Origin: a bacterium
GTDB taxonomy: Bacteria > Krumholzibacteriota > Krumholzibacteriia > G020349025
Reading direction: 5' to 3'
Length of the DNA stretch: 64,000 bases
NCBI GenBank assembly: GCA_031362565.1
Contig: JANLSU010000120.1
Coordinates: 96,001-160,000, forward strand
This document shows positions 33,532 to 44,159 of this stretch, one piece after another. The translations under genes and the position numbers were made by a program. Positions within the stretch are counted from its first letter, which is position 1. Every line of letters begins with the position of its first letter. The notes beneath the pieces were generated by a model. That model had not been told where the DNA came from, searched no databases, and saw only the letters and a list, made by a program, of their open reading frames with translations.

Positions 33532-35880
33532 TCAGCGGCTCCGCAACGAGGGTTCCTGCACGGCGGGTTTCTGCCCGGGTGCACGGCCGAGGATGTCCTC
33601 GCAATAGGCGCGTAGAATCTCGGCGACGGCCAGCGTATGCGCCGGGAGGCCGCGCGGCCAGTGCGGTGCGTTGCCCCAGAAGAGTTCCGAAATCTGTCCG
33701 AGGCCGTCCTCGACCAAGTGCTGCTCGAAAGGCTTCAAGAGCCTGGCGGCTTCGACACGTCCCGTCGCGCCGTGCGCCTTCACGAGGGCGGAGATATACG
33801 GCCCCAAGAGCCACGCCCACGCCGTGCCCTGATGCAGCGCCGCATCGCGTTGCTTCGCATCGCCGTCATAGACGCCGCGGAATTCGGCGTGCCCCGCGTC
33901 GAGGGTGCGAAGTCCCATCGGCGTCAGCAGTTTCTCGCCGACGACCTTCACCACGCTCTGCGCACTCTCGCTGTCGAGCAACGGAAACGGCAGGCTGACG
34001 GCCAGAATCTGATTCGGCCGGATGGCGCCGTCGCCGCCCGCGTAGTCCACGACATCCAGCAAGCAGCCGGCTTGTTCGTTCCAGAACACCGACAGGAAGT
34101 TCTCTTCCAGGGTGTCCGCCATCTTCCCGAAGCGCGCCATGTCATGGGGGATCGAAAACCGTTGGGCCAGGCGTTCCATGATCCGCAGCGCGTTGTACCA
34201 GAGCGCGTTCACTTCGACCGGCTTGCCGGCGCGCTGGGTCACGGGGACGTCCCCGACCCGCGCATCCATCCACGTGAGCGCCATGCCGGGCTCGCCGCAA
34301 CGCAACATGCCGTCGCCTTCGACCCGAATCCCGAAGCGCGTGCCCTGGCTGTAGTAGCGAATGGTTTCGAGCATCGGAATCCGCAGCTCGGTCTTCACGA
34401 AGTCGAAGTCGCCGGTGTACTGCAGGTACTTGAAAATCGCCACGAAGAACCACAGCGTCGCATCCACCGAACCGAATTCGGACCGTTCGCTGCCGTCCGG
34501 CAGGCGGTTGGGCAGGAGGCCGCGTTCGAGAGTCCGCGCGTAGGTGCGGAGAATGGATTTGGCTTCGCGAAAGCGATTCGTCACCAGAAATAGGCCGGGC
34601 AGGGCCGCGAGCGTGTCGCGCGCCGAGTCGGTCGACCACGGGTAGCCGGCGAGCACCGAGGCTACATCGCGATCACGCCGCACGATGAACTGTTCGGCCG
34701 CGAGCGTCAGCCGGCGCGCCAGCGGTTTGTCGTCCGGGCTCTGCAGCATGATCTGGCCGCGGCGCTCCATCTCGCGCTCCTGCGGCCAAACCGGGGCGCG
34801 CTTCTCCGGCGGCGTCAGCGTGCAGCCGATCGATAGCGCCTCACCCGAGCGCAGTTCGACTTCGTAATATCCGTAGGTCCACAGGTCCTCGCGGAAATCG
34901 AGGCCGCGGTAGCGATCCTGCGGATACTCGACGTTCTTGTACCAATCGGGCGCCTCGTGAAACATGGCTTGCGGGCAGACGAGATACACCGGTTCCCAAT
35001 CGGGATACGGCGCGAAGCGGGCGATCGAGCCGCGCGCTTCGTGCGCCCGGGTGCCGACGGCGCGCTGAATGCGATCGTTCTCGAGTGCGAGTTCATGCAC
35101 GTCGCGGAACCCGAACAGCGGCTTCACGCGCAGCTTGAGCGTCTCGAGCGGGGCAACGAGATCGTCGCCCGCAGCGTCGGCCGTCGCGCCCGCTTCGACG
35201 CCCGTATCGTTCGCGCCGGCCCCGGCCTCACTCGTTCCTGGGACGATCTTGCCCTTCTTGTTGCGCCGCGGCCGCGCCGCCGGCAGCATCCGGTAGGTCA
35301 CGACCACGGTGCTCTCGCCATGCACCAAATAGATCGTCTTCTCGAGCCGCCATCCCGCGCCCGCATAGGTGATCGACGGGAACGGGTAGAGGCTGAAGTT
35401 TTCCAGGTTCTCGAAGCCGCGCGGATGCACCACGCCCGGATAGAAATTCGTGTCCAGCGACACTGGGCCCGTAGGCAACGTCAGCAGCTCATCCATCTTG
35501 GAGAGAATGACGACGCGCTGCAGCGGCGATTTCTGCGATGCGACGAGCAGGCCGTGATAGCGCCGGGTATTCAAACCCGCGATGGTCGACATCGCGTAGC
35601 CGCCGATGCCGTTCGTGAGCAGGTATTCCTTCTTGCTGGCACTCGTCAGGTCGCGGCATGTCTTGCCATCGAGGCGAATTTGTACTGGATCGAAGACGGT
35701 GCGCGAATCGAGCCGTGGCCCGGTTTGCGTCGCCGGGCGGGCGGTGCCGCCGAGCGCCCGCACGTGCGCCGTGTCGGGCCCGAACGGACGGGTGCTCGCG
35801 GGCCGGATCGTGACGGTATCGACTTTGGGCGATTCGGTGGCCGCTCGAACGGCCGGCTGCGGCTTGATGTTGTCGCTCAT
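33532..35880 (-). CDS. Glycogen debranching enzyme / amylo-alpha-1,6-glucosidase family (GDE_N plus GDE_C)
   Basis: EYLLTNGIGGYA, TRRYHGLL, GLLPN, DATLWF, LTWMDA, GKPVEVNALWYNAL, RPNQ and LTPMGLRTL motifs. Confidence 0.88.
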   Translation of the reverse strand: MSDNIKPQPAVRAATESPKVDTVTIRPASTRPFGPDTAHVRALGGTARPATQTGPRLDSRTVFDPVQIRLDGKTCRDLTSASKKEYLLTNGIGGYAMSTIAGLNTRRYHGLLVASQKSPLQRVVILSKMDELLTLPTGPVSLDTNFYPGVVHPRGFENLENFSLYPFPSITYAGAGWRLEKTIYLVHGESTVVVTYRMLPAARPRRNKKGKIVPGTSEAGAGANDTGVEAGATADAAGDDLVAPLETLKLRVKPLFGFRDVHELALENDRIQRAVGTRAHEARGSIARFAPYPDWEPVYLVCPQAMFHEAPDWYKNVEYPQDRYRGLDFREDLWTYGYYEVELRSGEALSIGCTLTPPEKRAPVWPQEREMERRGQIMLQSPDDKPLARRLTLAAEQFIVRRDRDVASVLAGYPWSTDSARDTLAALPGLFLVTNRFREAKSILRTYARTLERGLLPNRLPDGSERSEFGSVDATLWFFVAIFKYLQYTGDFDFVKTELRIPMLETIRYYSQGTRFGIRVEGDGMLRCGEPGMALTWMDARVGDVPVTQRAGKPVEVNALWYNALRIMERLAQRFSIPHDMARFGKMADTLEENFLSVFWNEQAGCLLDVVDYAGGDGAIRPNQILAVSLPFPLLDSESAQSVVKVVGEKLLTPMGLRTLDAGHAEFRGVYDGDAKQRDAALHQGTAWAWLLGPYISALVKAHGATGRVEAARLLKPFEQHLVEDGLGQISELFWGNAPHWPRGLPAHTLAVAEILRAYCEDILGRAPGQKPAVQEPSLRSR

Positions 35881-35899
35881 GCCTTCGTGCCCCCCACTG

Positions 35900-36736
35900 T
35901 CACCCCTGCCGCTCCAACCAGACGATCGTGTGCTCGAGCGCACGCTCGAGTTCTGGAGTCGGCCCCTTCCACGGATGCTCCGCGCCGAATGTGTGTCCGG
36001 CTCCCGGCAAGAGCAGCAACTCGGCGCGTCCCGCCGGCGCTGCCCCATACACCGCACTTGCTTCGGCTGCGGGCACCGACGGATCCGCGTCACCATGCAC
36101 GATCAACAGCGGCGCTTGCGACTCGGACGCGGCGCGCAAGATGTCGAACCGGCCGGCGTTCGTTTCCAAGTCATCGAGCAGTGCGACGTTGACCCGCATC
36201 ATCTGTCCGGTGCGCGTATTCGGAAACACGGCGAAGCCGCGCTCCCGCCACGCGCGCCGCTCTTCGACGGGCCAGCGCAACCCCTTGGCGACACCGGCCC
36301 AGGTCACGACCGCGCCGATTCGCCGGTCCTCGCGAGCGCGGAGCACTGCGATTCCACCGCCACGCGAATGTCCGAGCACCGCGATGTGTCTGGGATCGGC
36401 AACCCCGCCCCCGAGCGCTCCGCTGGTCACCCCATCCAGGACCGTGCCGAGATCGTCGATTTGGCGCGTGATCGTGTCGGCGGCGAAACGCTCGAGTTCG
36501 GTGAACTCGAAGAGGCCGGCGCCGACCCCGCAGCCCGAGAAATTAAAGGTCACGGAGAGGAATCCCGCGGCGGCCAGACGCTCTCCGAGCCACGGGAAGA
36601 AACCCCAGTTCTTGAACCCTTTGAACCCGTGGCAGACGACGACTGCCGGACGGCGTGCGGTGCCGCCGTCCCAACGGATGTCGCCGCGCAGCGTCCAACC
36701 ACCGGGGATCGCAGTTTCGAAGTTGATGTTCTGCAT
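35900..36736 (-). CDS. Alpha/beta hydrolase (S9-like)
   Basis: HGFKGFKNWG, GHSRGG nucleophile elbow, HGDADPSV and GAGHTF motifs. Confidence 0.92.
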   Translation of the reverse strand: MQNINFETAIPGGWTLRGDIRWDGGTARRPAVVVCHGFKGFKNWGFFPWLGERLAAAGFLSVTFNFSGCGVGAGLFEFTELERFAADTITRQIDDLGTVLDGVTSGALGGGVADPRHIAVLGHSRGGGIAVLRAREDRRIGAVVTWAGVAKGLRWPVEERRAWRERGFAVFPNTRTGQMMRVNVALLDDLETNAGRFDILRAASESQAPLLIVHGDADPSVPAAEASAVYGAAPAGRAELLLLPGAGHTFGAEHPWKGPTPELERALEHTIVWLERQG

Positions 36737-36787
36737 CCCGCAACCTATCGGCTCGTGGCTTCGACGCCGCGCCTGGGACCGGCTGCC

Positions 36788-37543
36788 CTACACTTCGCTC
36801 GACGGACACAGATCCTGGAGGAGACACGCGCCGCACTGGGGCGAGCGCGCGTTGCAGACCCGCCGTCCGTGCTCGATCAGGAGATGCGCCAGGAGGGTCC
36901 ATTTGTCGCGCGGCACGATCTCCATCATTTCGTACTCGATCTTCACGGGGTCATCGTGTGAAGTCAAGTCCAGGCGCCGGGAAAGCCGTCCGACGTGCGT
37001 GTCGACGACCAGCCCCGGAATCCCAAAGGCGTTGCCGAGCACCACATTTGCCGTCTTACGGCCCACCCCCGGGAGTGCCACGAGCGATTCCATATCGCGC
37101 GGCACTTGGCCCCCGTGCCGCGCCATCAACTCCTGACAGCAAGCGATGATGTTCTTGGCCTTGTTGTGATAGAAGCCGGTGCTGCGGATGATTACTTCCA
37201 GGTCGAGTGGCCGGGCTTCGGCCAGCGATTTGGCGTCCGGATACACCGCAAAGAGATCCGGCGTCACCATGTTGACCCGCGCATCGGTGCATTGCGCCGA
37301 AAGAATCGTCGCAATGAGAAGCTGCAACGGATTCTGGTGCAAGAGGGCGCAATGGGCGTTGGGGTAGGCGCGCTCGAGACGCGCGACGATCTCGCCGCCG
37401 CGCAGTTGCGCGGCCCGCAGTCGCGCGGCCCGAAGGGCCGTGCCACGAGCTTGCACCACTTTCCCTACTCCTCGCTGCGGTGTTTTTGTCGGCGCCTTCT
37501 TCACCGCTCTCTTCGCCACCCTCCTCTTCGCTCGCGCCGTCAC
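36788..37543 (-). CDS. nth: Endonuclease III
   Basis: LSAQCTD, LPGVGRKTANVVL, VDTHV and C-x6-C-x2-C-x5-C motifs, with a basic N-terminal extension. Confidence 0.96.
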   Translation of the reverse strand: MTARAKRRVAKRAVKKAPTKTPQRGVGKVVQARGTALRAARLRAAQLRGGEIVARLERAYPNAHCALLHQNPLQLLIATILSAQCTDARVNMVTPDLFAVYPDAKSLAEARPLDLEVIIRSTGFYHNKAKNIIACCQELMARHGGQVPRDMESLVALPGVGRKTANVVLGNAFGIPGLVVDTHVGRLSRRLDLTSHDDPVKIEYEMMEIVPRDKWTLLAHLLIEHGRRVCNARSPQCGACLLQDLCPSSEV

Positions 37544-39429
37544 TTCTTCCCACCTTCATGCCTTTGCCGGGCCACGAAATAGGCCTCGACGTCCGCCGCA
37601 CGGCGCGTATTGAAGACATGCTGCGGTTCGAGCCAGCCACGCCGCGCCATGCTTACACCATAGCGCACATCGGCGAGCCCGGCGACGTCGTGTGCGTCCG
37701 GCGCAATGGAAAGCAGCGCGCCGCAGTCGCGCGCTTGCTGCACGAGCACGCCGTCCAGATCCATCCGGCGCGGATGCCCGTTGATCTCGATCATCACGCC
37801 GTGCCGGGCCGCGGCTTCGAAGACAGCGCGCCAGTCGGCGTCGAGCCCCGGGCGCTCGAGAAGAATTCGCGACGTCGGATGGCCGAGAATAGTGACGCGC
37901 GGATTCTCGACCACACGGAGCAAGCGCTGTGTCTGCTCGTCACGGCTCAGATGCAGCGCATCGTGAATCGCCGCGATGACGAAGTCGAACCCGGCGAGCG
38001 CGGCCGGGTCGAGATCGAGGCCGCCGTCCGGTTGCACGTTGGCTTCGATACCGTGGAAGACGCGAAGGCCCGGCACCTTGCGCCGCACGGCCTCCACGGC
38101 GCGCTGGGCGGCGGCGATGCGCGGCGTATCCATGCCGTTCGCCCACGAGGCCTGCGGGCCATGATCGGTGACGCCGATGAATTCCCAACCAAGCGCGGCG
38201 GCACCGCGCACCATGGCCTCGAGATCGTCGCGGCCATCGCTGGCCGTCGTGTGCACATGCAACGCACCGCGCAAATCGGGCCCGTCGACCAGACGCACCG
38301 GCAACGCATTGGTTTCCGCGGCTTCGATCTCACCATGGTCCTCGCGCAACTCCGGCGGCACGAAGGCGAGATCGACGGCGGCAAAGATCTCCGTTTCGTC
38401 GCGGCAGACAACCAGTTCCTCGCCACGGAAGAGCCCGTACTCGTTCATTTTGATGCCCATGCGCTGGGCGCGACCACGCATCGCGATGTTGTGTTCCTTC
38501 GAACCGGTGAAGTGATGAAGGGCATACGGGTATTGGGCCGCGGTCACGGCGCGCAGGTCCATTTGCAACCCGCCCGGATCGACAACGCTGGTCTTGGTTT
38601 CGCCGCTTCCCAGAACTCGCGCCGCCCACGGGCCGTGCGCGAAGGCCTCCATGACGGCCGGCGCGTCGTCGGTCGCGACCAGCAAGTCGACATCATGGAC
38701 GGTTTCCTTGCGGCGGCGCAGGCTGCCCGCGTACTCGACCTTTTGCACGGCCGGATGCGCACGCAGCGCTTCCACGACCGGCATGACGATCGAGTGCGCG
38801 AAGCTCCAAAGAAATGTGCCGTGCACGCGGCGGATCTGGTCGATGCCCACCAAGATGTTTTGGGCGGTTTTGGCGCCGAAACCCTTCAGATCTTCGAGCC
38901 GTCCGGCACGACACGCCGCTTCCAGTTCGTCGACGCCGCCAATGCCGAGTCCATCGTGCAGCGCTTGCGCCTTCTTGGGCCCCAAGCCCGGGATCTTCAT
39001 CATTTCGAGCAGCCCCGCCGGCACCTGGGCGCGTAGTTCGTCGAGATACGGCAACTGGCCCGTTTGCACGAGAGTCGTGATCTTCTCGGCGATGCTGGCA
39101 CCAACGCCGGGCAATTCGGCGAGAGCCTTGGCATCCAACGTGTCGAGATTCTCACCAAACCCGGCGAGACTGCGCGCCGCATTCTCATACGCGCGCACCT
39201 TGAAGGTATTGGCGTTGGTGAGGAGCAGCAGCGTCGCGATCTCTTGCAGAACACCGGCGACGGCACCCGGGCTCTTCCAGGCTGCCGCGTGATGCGCCGG
39301 ATCGGTTGCCGAATGGGCGAGTTCGGCAGCGATTTCGGGTGGCAGACCAGCCGCAGCAGGCGCCACGGTCGGTGCGGCCGTGTTCGAGGCCGGTGCCGCC
39401 TTCACGCCCTTCGTGCGCCGTGCCGCCAT
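37540..39429 (-). CDS. polX: DNA polymerase X / PHP-domain 3'-5' exonuclease
   Basis: HhH motifs, GSLRRRKETVHDVD, HFTGSKEHN, NEYGL, and PHP motifs HVHT, TDH, GHPT, EIN and DAH. Confidence 0.93.
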   Translation of the reverse strand: MAARRTKGVKAAPASNTAAPTVAPAAAGLPPEIAAELAHSATDPAHHAAAWKSPGAVAGVLQEIATLLLLTNANTFKVRAYENAARSLAGFGENLDTLDAKALAELPGVGASIAEKITTLVQTGQLPYLDELRAQVPAGLLEMMKIPGLGPKKAQALHDGLGIGGVDELEAACRAGRLEDLKGFGAKTAQNILVGIDQIRRVHGTFLWSFAHSIVMPVVEALRAHPAVQKVEYAGSLRRRKETVHDVDLLVATDDAPAVMEAFAHGPWAARVLGSGETKTSVVDPGGLQMDLRAVTAAQYPYALHHFTGSKEHNIAMRGRAQRMGIKMNEYGLFRGEELVVCRDETEIFAAVDLAFVPPELREDHGEIEAAETNALPVRLVDGPDLRGALHVHTTASDGRDDLEAMVRGAAALGWEFIGVTDHGPQASWANGMDTPRIAAAQRAVEAVRRKVPGLRVFHGIEANVQPDGGLDLDPAALAGFDFVIAAIHDALHLSRDEQTQRLLRVVENPRVTILGHPTSRILLERPGLDADWRAVFEAAARHGVMIEINGHPRRMDLDGVLVQQARDCGALLSIAPDAHDVAGLADVRYGVSMARRGWLEPQHVFNTRRAADVEAYFVARQRHEGGKK

Positions 39430-39448
39430 ACGCTCCCTCTGCCGCCCT

Positions 39449-39770
39449 TCAATACCGCGCCAGCGTCGGATCGATCTCCGTGGCCCAGCGCTCGATGCCG
39501 CCACGCAAACTCTTCACGTCCGTAAAGCCGTGCGAGCGCAAATACAGCGCCGCGTGCATGCTGCGGATGCCGTGATGGCAATAGACAACGATCGGCTTGG
39601 ACGCATCCAATTCACCGCGCCGCCCTTCCACTTGGTGCATAGGCATGAATGGCGGCGGCGAGGCGCACAAGCGCTGCTTCCCAGTCCTCGCGCACGTCCA
39701 AGAGTTGCAACTCGGCCCCCGAGGCGAGCAGACCTTCCAACTCCTGGGCGCTGATTTCGAGTTCGGTCAC
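39449..39770 (-). pseudogene. Rhodanese-like sulfurtransferase with a frameshift near 39650
   Basis: Frame 1 from GTG 39770 reads MTELEISAQEL...LLDVREDWE...RLAAA. A +1 frame continues FMPMHQ...IVVYCHHGIRS...LRGGIERWATEIDPTLARY. Confidence 0.8.
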
Positions 39771-40105
39771 GATTCCTCCGCCAGGCGAGCGAGGACTGCA
39801 TCGAGGCGTTCGCGAAGTGCCGCCGCCGTGAGCCCCTGGACGCGAACGCGCTTATCCTGCGACGTCGTACCCGTTTCGATCGCCAGCGTCGCGACCGGCA
39901 CACCGAGTGCAGCCGCGAGCACCGACAACACTTCCTCGTTGGCACGTCCACGCTCCGGCGCGGCGCGTACCGCCAACTTGAGCGCCTCGCCATGCCACCC
40001 GATCAACCCGGCACGCTTGGCGCTTGGTTTGACGCGGACGAGGAGCAGGGCATCCGTTCGAGCGGGCGCGTCGGAACGCGGCACCCGGCTCGGCCGCGCG
40101 GTCAC
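39767..40105 (-). CDS. DUF167 (YggU/UPF0235) protein
   Basis: VRVKPSA, APERGRANEE and GTTSQDK motifs. Confidence 0.88.
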   Translation of the reverse strand: MTARPSRVPRSDAPARTDALLLVRVKPSAKRAGLIGWHGEALKLAVRAAPERGRANEEVLSVLAAALGVPVATLAIETGTTSQDKRVRVQGLTAAALRERLDAVLARLAEES

Positions 40106-42306
40106 CCGCGAGCCACGGCGAGCGCCAACTCGCCGCTTCCCGCCGCGATCTTTTCGACCCGCACCGCAACCGACTTGAACGCCGGCGTCAGGGACCTGGG
40201 ATCGATGCGCCGCGGCACCAGCACATTCGCCTCGGGATAGTAGGCGGCAAGATTGCCCGGCCGAATGTCCGTCAGCCAGACGCGCACCGGGCCCATCCGG
40301 CCGGTTTCCGAAACCAGTGTCACCGGCTCTCCCGCATGCAAGCCAAGCTCGTGCGCATCGTGCGCGCTCATGAACACGATGTCGCGCCCGTCGGTGCCGC
40401 GGTAGAGATCCTCGTACTCATAGACGACAGTATTGAACTGCCCCTCGGAGCGAATCGTCGCAAGCCGCAGTTCGCCCAGTTGCAATATCTCTTGCGGCAC
40501 TGCCGTGACTTGAAAGCGAGCCTTGCCGTCCGCCGTCGCGAACTCCGGCGTGTGCCGAATGCGGCCCTCGAGCGTGAAGTCGCGTTTGGTCGCATCGACG
40601 CCGGCAATCTTCCCGTAGCCGGGGACGATGCGGGCGATCTCGCGGCGCAGATCGCGATGATTTTTCCACTTCGACCAGTCGATCGGCCCCGCGGGCAGCA
40701 CCCGCGCCGCAATCGAGGCCACGATGTCGACTTCCGAGCGCATCTCGGCGGAAGCCGGCGGCGCGCCACCGACCGACAGCCGCACGTAACTGAACATGCT
40801 CTCTTGCGTCGTCGACTGCGTTTCCTCGTCGCGCGTTCGTGCGGGCAGAATGAGCGTCCGCTGGCCGCGGCCGTGGAAATGCCCAGGGTTGAGCTTGGTC
40901 GAGATATAGATCGCCGTTTCGACCCGTTGCAGGGCCCGCGCCGCAAACTCCGAATCCGGATTCGAACTGTAAAGATTGCCGCCCAAGTAGACGGCGGTTC
41001 GCACTCGCCCGTCGGCCATTGCCACGATGCCGTTGTAGGTATCGAAGCCGGGCTCGCGTGGCAATTGGATGCCGTACGCCTCTTCCATGGCGCGTCCAAA
41101 GGCTTCCTTGAGTGCCGGCGTCACGCCGACCGAACCCACGCCTTGCACGTTCGAGTGGCCGCGAATCGGCAGCAATCCGGCACCCGGCTTGCCCGCCATG
41201 CCTCGCAAGAGCGCCAGGTTGACGATCGCGAGCACGTTGTCGACGCCGTGCACGTGGTGCGTGACGCCCATGGCCCACATGAAGATCGCGCGCTTCGATC
41301 GCAGGTAGAGATCGGCGGCGCGCTCCATGGTCGCGCGTGTGACGCCGCTCGACCGTTCCAGGTTCTCCCAGCGCGCCGCCCGCAGGTCGGCCTCGACTTC
41401 CGAACCACCCTGCGTGTGCGCATCCATGAAGGCGCGGTCCATGCCGCCCTTCTCGATGACGATCTTGGCGACACCCTTCAGGAACGCGATATCGCCGCCG
41501 ATGTGCGGCTGCACGTAGAGATCCGAAACACGCGACCCGAAGAGCAGCGACACCGGCCGCGACGGAATCCGAAAGCGTTCGAGACCGATCTCGCGGAGTG
41601 GATTCACGACCACTACATGGCCGCCGCGCCGCCTCACATCCACCAGCCGGGTGATGAGCCGCGGATGATTGGAGGCCGGATTGGCACCCACCAACATCAC
41701 GAAATCCGCCTGCTCCACATCCTCGAGCGATACGGTCGCGGTACTCGTGCCCAGTGCAGCAGTGAGACCGACCCCCGACGCCTGATGGCAGTAGTACGAG
41801 CAATTGTTGACGTTGTTTGTGCCATAGACGCGCGCGAACGTCTGCAGCAGGAACGCCGCTTCGTTGCTGCTCCGGCCCGACATATAGAAGAGAGCGGCCT
41901 GCGGCGGTGTGGTGCGGAGGGCTTCGGCGCCGATCTCGAGGGCCCGATCCCACCCGATGCGCTCGACATGCGACGCGCCGGGCTCGAGCAGGAGCGGAAA
42001 GCCGATGCGGCCGGTATCCTCGAGCTGCTTGTGGTCGAGCGCCAGCAAGTCAGCGAGCGCATGGCGCCGGAAGAACTCCTCCGGCACCGCCGGCTGCATA
42101 TCGGCCGCCTGGGCCTGGAACGACTTCTTGCAGACCTCGAGTGCACTTCCCGACTCGTTCTTCATACCGCTCATGCCAAGCGCGCAGGTCTTGCACGCAT
42201 TGCGCGCCTGCATGCGCTTGTAGAAGGCGAGCACGCCGCCGGCCTCGCGCGCCTTGCGCAACGAATACCGGAGCGCTTGTAGTCCGCCGCCGCTCTTCAC
42301 GAACAT
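40102..42306 (-). CDS. FdhF/YdeP family molybdopterin oxidoreductase
   Basis: CKTCALGM, SGRSSNEAA, NCSYYCHQASG, NPASNHPR, RGHSNVQG, RSEGQFNT and PAFKS motifs. Confidence 0.93.
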   Translation of the reverse strand: MFVKSGGGLQALRYSLRKAREAGGVLAFYKRMQARNACKTCALGMSGMKNESGSALEVCKKSFQAQAADMQPAVPEEFFRRHALADLLALDHKQLEDTGRIGFPLLLEPGASHVERIGWDRALEIGAEALRTTPPQAALFYMSGRSSNEAAFLLQTFARVYGTNNVNNCSYYCHQASGVGLTAALGTSTATVSLEDVEQADFVMLVGANPASNHPRLITRLVDVRRRGGHVVVVNPLREIGLERFRIPSRPVSLLFGSRVSDLYVQPHIGGDIAFLKGVAKIVIEKGGMDRAFMDAHTQGGSEVEADLRAARWENLERSSGVTRATMERAADLYLRSKRAIFMWAMGVTHHVHGVDNVLAIVNLALLRGMAGKPGAGLLPIRGHSNVQGVGSVGVTPALKEAFGRAMEEAYGIQLPREPGFDTYNGIVAMADGRVRTAVYLGGNLYSSNPDSEFAARALQRVETAIYISTKLNPGHFHGRGQRTLILPARTRDEETQSTTQESMFSYVRLSVGGAPPASAEMRSEVDIVASIAARVLPAGPIDWSKWKNHRDLRREIARIVPGYGKIAGVDATKRDFTLEGRIRHTPEFATADGKARFQVTAVPQEILQLGELRLATIRSEGQFNTVVYEYEDLYRGTDGRDIVFMSAHDAHELGLHAGEPVTLVSETGRMGPVRVWLTDIRPGNLAAYYPEANVLVPRRIDPRSLTPAFKSVAVRVEKIAAGSGELALAVARG

Positions 42307-42445
42307 TCCCCCCTCGGGCCCCCCTCTCGGGAGGGCTCCCGCGCCCAGTCTAGGCGGCGCTCGGCTCCCCGGGCAACGGTCGCGAATACCTGCAGCCGTG
42401 GGGCGCGCACACTGCTATCCTGCGCCCTGACGATGGGAGTCGTGC

Positions 42446-44149
42446 ATGCTGGGCCGGTTCTTACGCCTTCTTTTCGCGATGCTCGTGTGCCAGGTCGTAA
42501 TCCTCGCAGGCGGGATGTTCTTGCTGACCGCACTGTTCGTGTCCCGCGAGGGCGGCGCTCCGACCGTGCATCCGCGCTCGACCCTTTGGCTGCACATCTC
42601 GGGTAACGTGGTCGAGTACAACACGCTGCCCACGGTTCCCTTCCTGAACGATCCGCCGCCCTCGCAGACGGCGCTCATCGAAGCGCTGGACCACGCCGCC
42701 CAAGACAAACACATCGAATCGGCACTCGTGGACCTCGACTTCGCGTCGCTCGGCTGGGGCATGGCCGAAGAGCTGCGCGCCGCGATCGCGCGCTTCCGCG
42801 CCACCGGCAAGCCCGTCTTCGCATTCGGGCCGGTGCTCGAAGAAGGCAGCTACTATGTCGCCGCGGCCTGCGATTCCATCTACCTGCCGCCGCAGGGCAA
42901 GCTGGCGCTGAACGGCCTGGCCCTGGAATCGCTCTATTATAAGGGCCTCATGGACAAGGTCGGCGTGCACGCCAATTTCCACCGCATCGGCGCTTTCAAG
43001 AGTGCGGTCGAGGAATACACCCGCGACAAGATGTCGGAGCCGGCGCGCCGCAACGCCGGCTGGTTGCTCGATGACCTGTGGAGCGAATTCCGCGACACCG
43101 TGGCGCGCGACCGCAAGCTGGGCCCGGGCGCCATCGATGAAATCATTGCGCTCGGCACGTTGCAGCCCGAGGAAGCGGTCGACGCCAAGCTGATTGACGA
43201 CGTGCGCTATCGCCAGGATTTGGAAGATTCGTTCCGCGACGAAAACGGCGACTCGCGGCTCATCACCGTGTCCGAATATGCGAAGGCCAACAAGTCGTCA
43301 ACGCGCGGCGGCCCGGCGATTGCGGTCGTGCATACGGCCGGCTTCATCCTGAGCGGCAAGAATGGCTTCAACCCGGCCTTCGGCACCACACTCGGCGACG
43401 AGAGCGTACTGCGCGACCTGCAGGATGCCATCGACGACGACGACGTCAAAGCCATCGTGCTGCGCATCGACAGCCCGGGCGGCGAGGTCATGGCGAGCGA
43501 TACCATCGGCAACGCCGTCGAACGCGCCACGGAAGAAAAGCCGGTCGTGGTTTCGATGGTGGATGTGGCGGCCTCCGGCGGCTACATGATGGCCTATCGC
43601 GCCAGCCGCATCGTGGCGCTCCCGAACACCATCACGGGCAGCATCGGGTCGTTCACCGGCAAATTCAACTTGCACGGCCTGTATTCGAAACTGGGGCTGA
43701 CGAAGGAATTCGTCACCCGCGGCTCGTATCCGCTCATCGACAGTGACTACAGCGACTGGTCGGCCAACGAAGAGAGCCTCATCGTGCGCCAGCACTGGGA
43801 GGACTACGGCGCCTGGATCGACGACATCGCGGTATCCCGCAAGATGGAGTCGGCAGCGGTGGACAGCGTGGCGCGCGGACGCGTGTGGACCGGCCGCCAG
43901 GCGCTCGATCACAAGCTGGTGGACGAACTCGGTGATCTGCGTCACGCGGTCGAGGTCGCTTCGACGCTCGCCAACCTGCCCCAGGATGCCAAGCCGCGCC
44001 TCGTGCACTATCCGAAACCCATGGGCTTGTTCGACGTCATCGAAGAGCGCAGTGAGCTGCTCTCGGCGGTCGCCGCCCACTGGGCACGCGGCACTCTTTT
44101 GCCCAAGGGCGCCAGTTTCGGCGTCCTCGACGTGCGCGTCGCGCCTTGA
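42446..44149 (+). CDS. sppA: Signal peptide peptidase SppA (protease IV, 67K type)
   Basis: FKSAVE, LRIDSPGG, AASGGY, ITGSIG and GRVWTG motifs. Confidence 0.93.
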   Translation: MLGRFLRLLFAMLVCQVVILAGGMFLLTALFVSREGGAPTVHPRSTLWLHISGNVVEYNTLPTVPFLNDPPPSQTALIEALDHAAQDKHIESALVDLDFASLGWGMAEELRAAIARFRATGKPVFAFGPVLEEGSYYVAAACDSIYLPPQGKLALNGLALESLYYKGLMDKVGVHANFHRIGAFKSAVEEYTRDKMSEPARRNAGWLLDDLWSEFRDTVARDRKLGPGAIDEIIALGTLQPEEAVDAKLIDDVRYRQDLEDSFRDENGDSRLITVSEYAKANKSSTRGGPAIAVVHTAGFILSGKNGFNPAFGTTLGDESVLRDLQDAIDDDDVKAIVLRIDSPGGEVMASDTIGNAVERATEEKPVVVSMVDVAASGGYMMAYRASRIVALPNTITGSIGSFTGKFNLHGLYSKLGLTKEFVTRGSYPLIDSDYSDWSANEESLIVRQHWEDYGAWIDDIAVSRKMESAAVDSVARGRVWTGRQALDHKLVDELGDLRHAVEVASTLANLPQDAKPRLVHYPKPMGLFDVIEERSELLSAVAAHWARGTLLPKGASFGVLDVRVAP

Positions 44150-44159
44150 TCCTGCGTGG

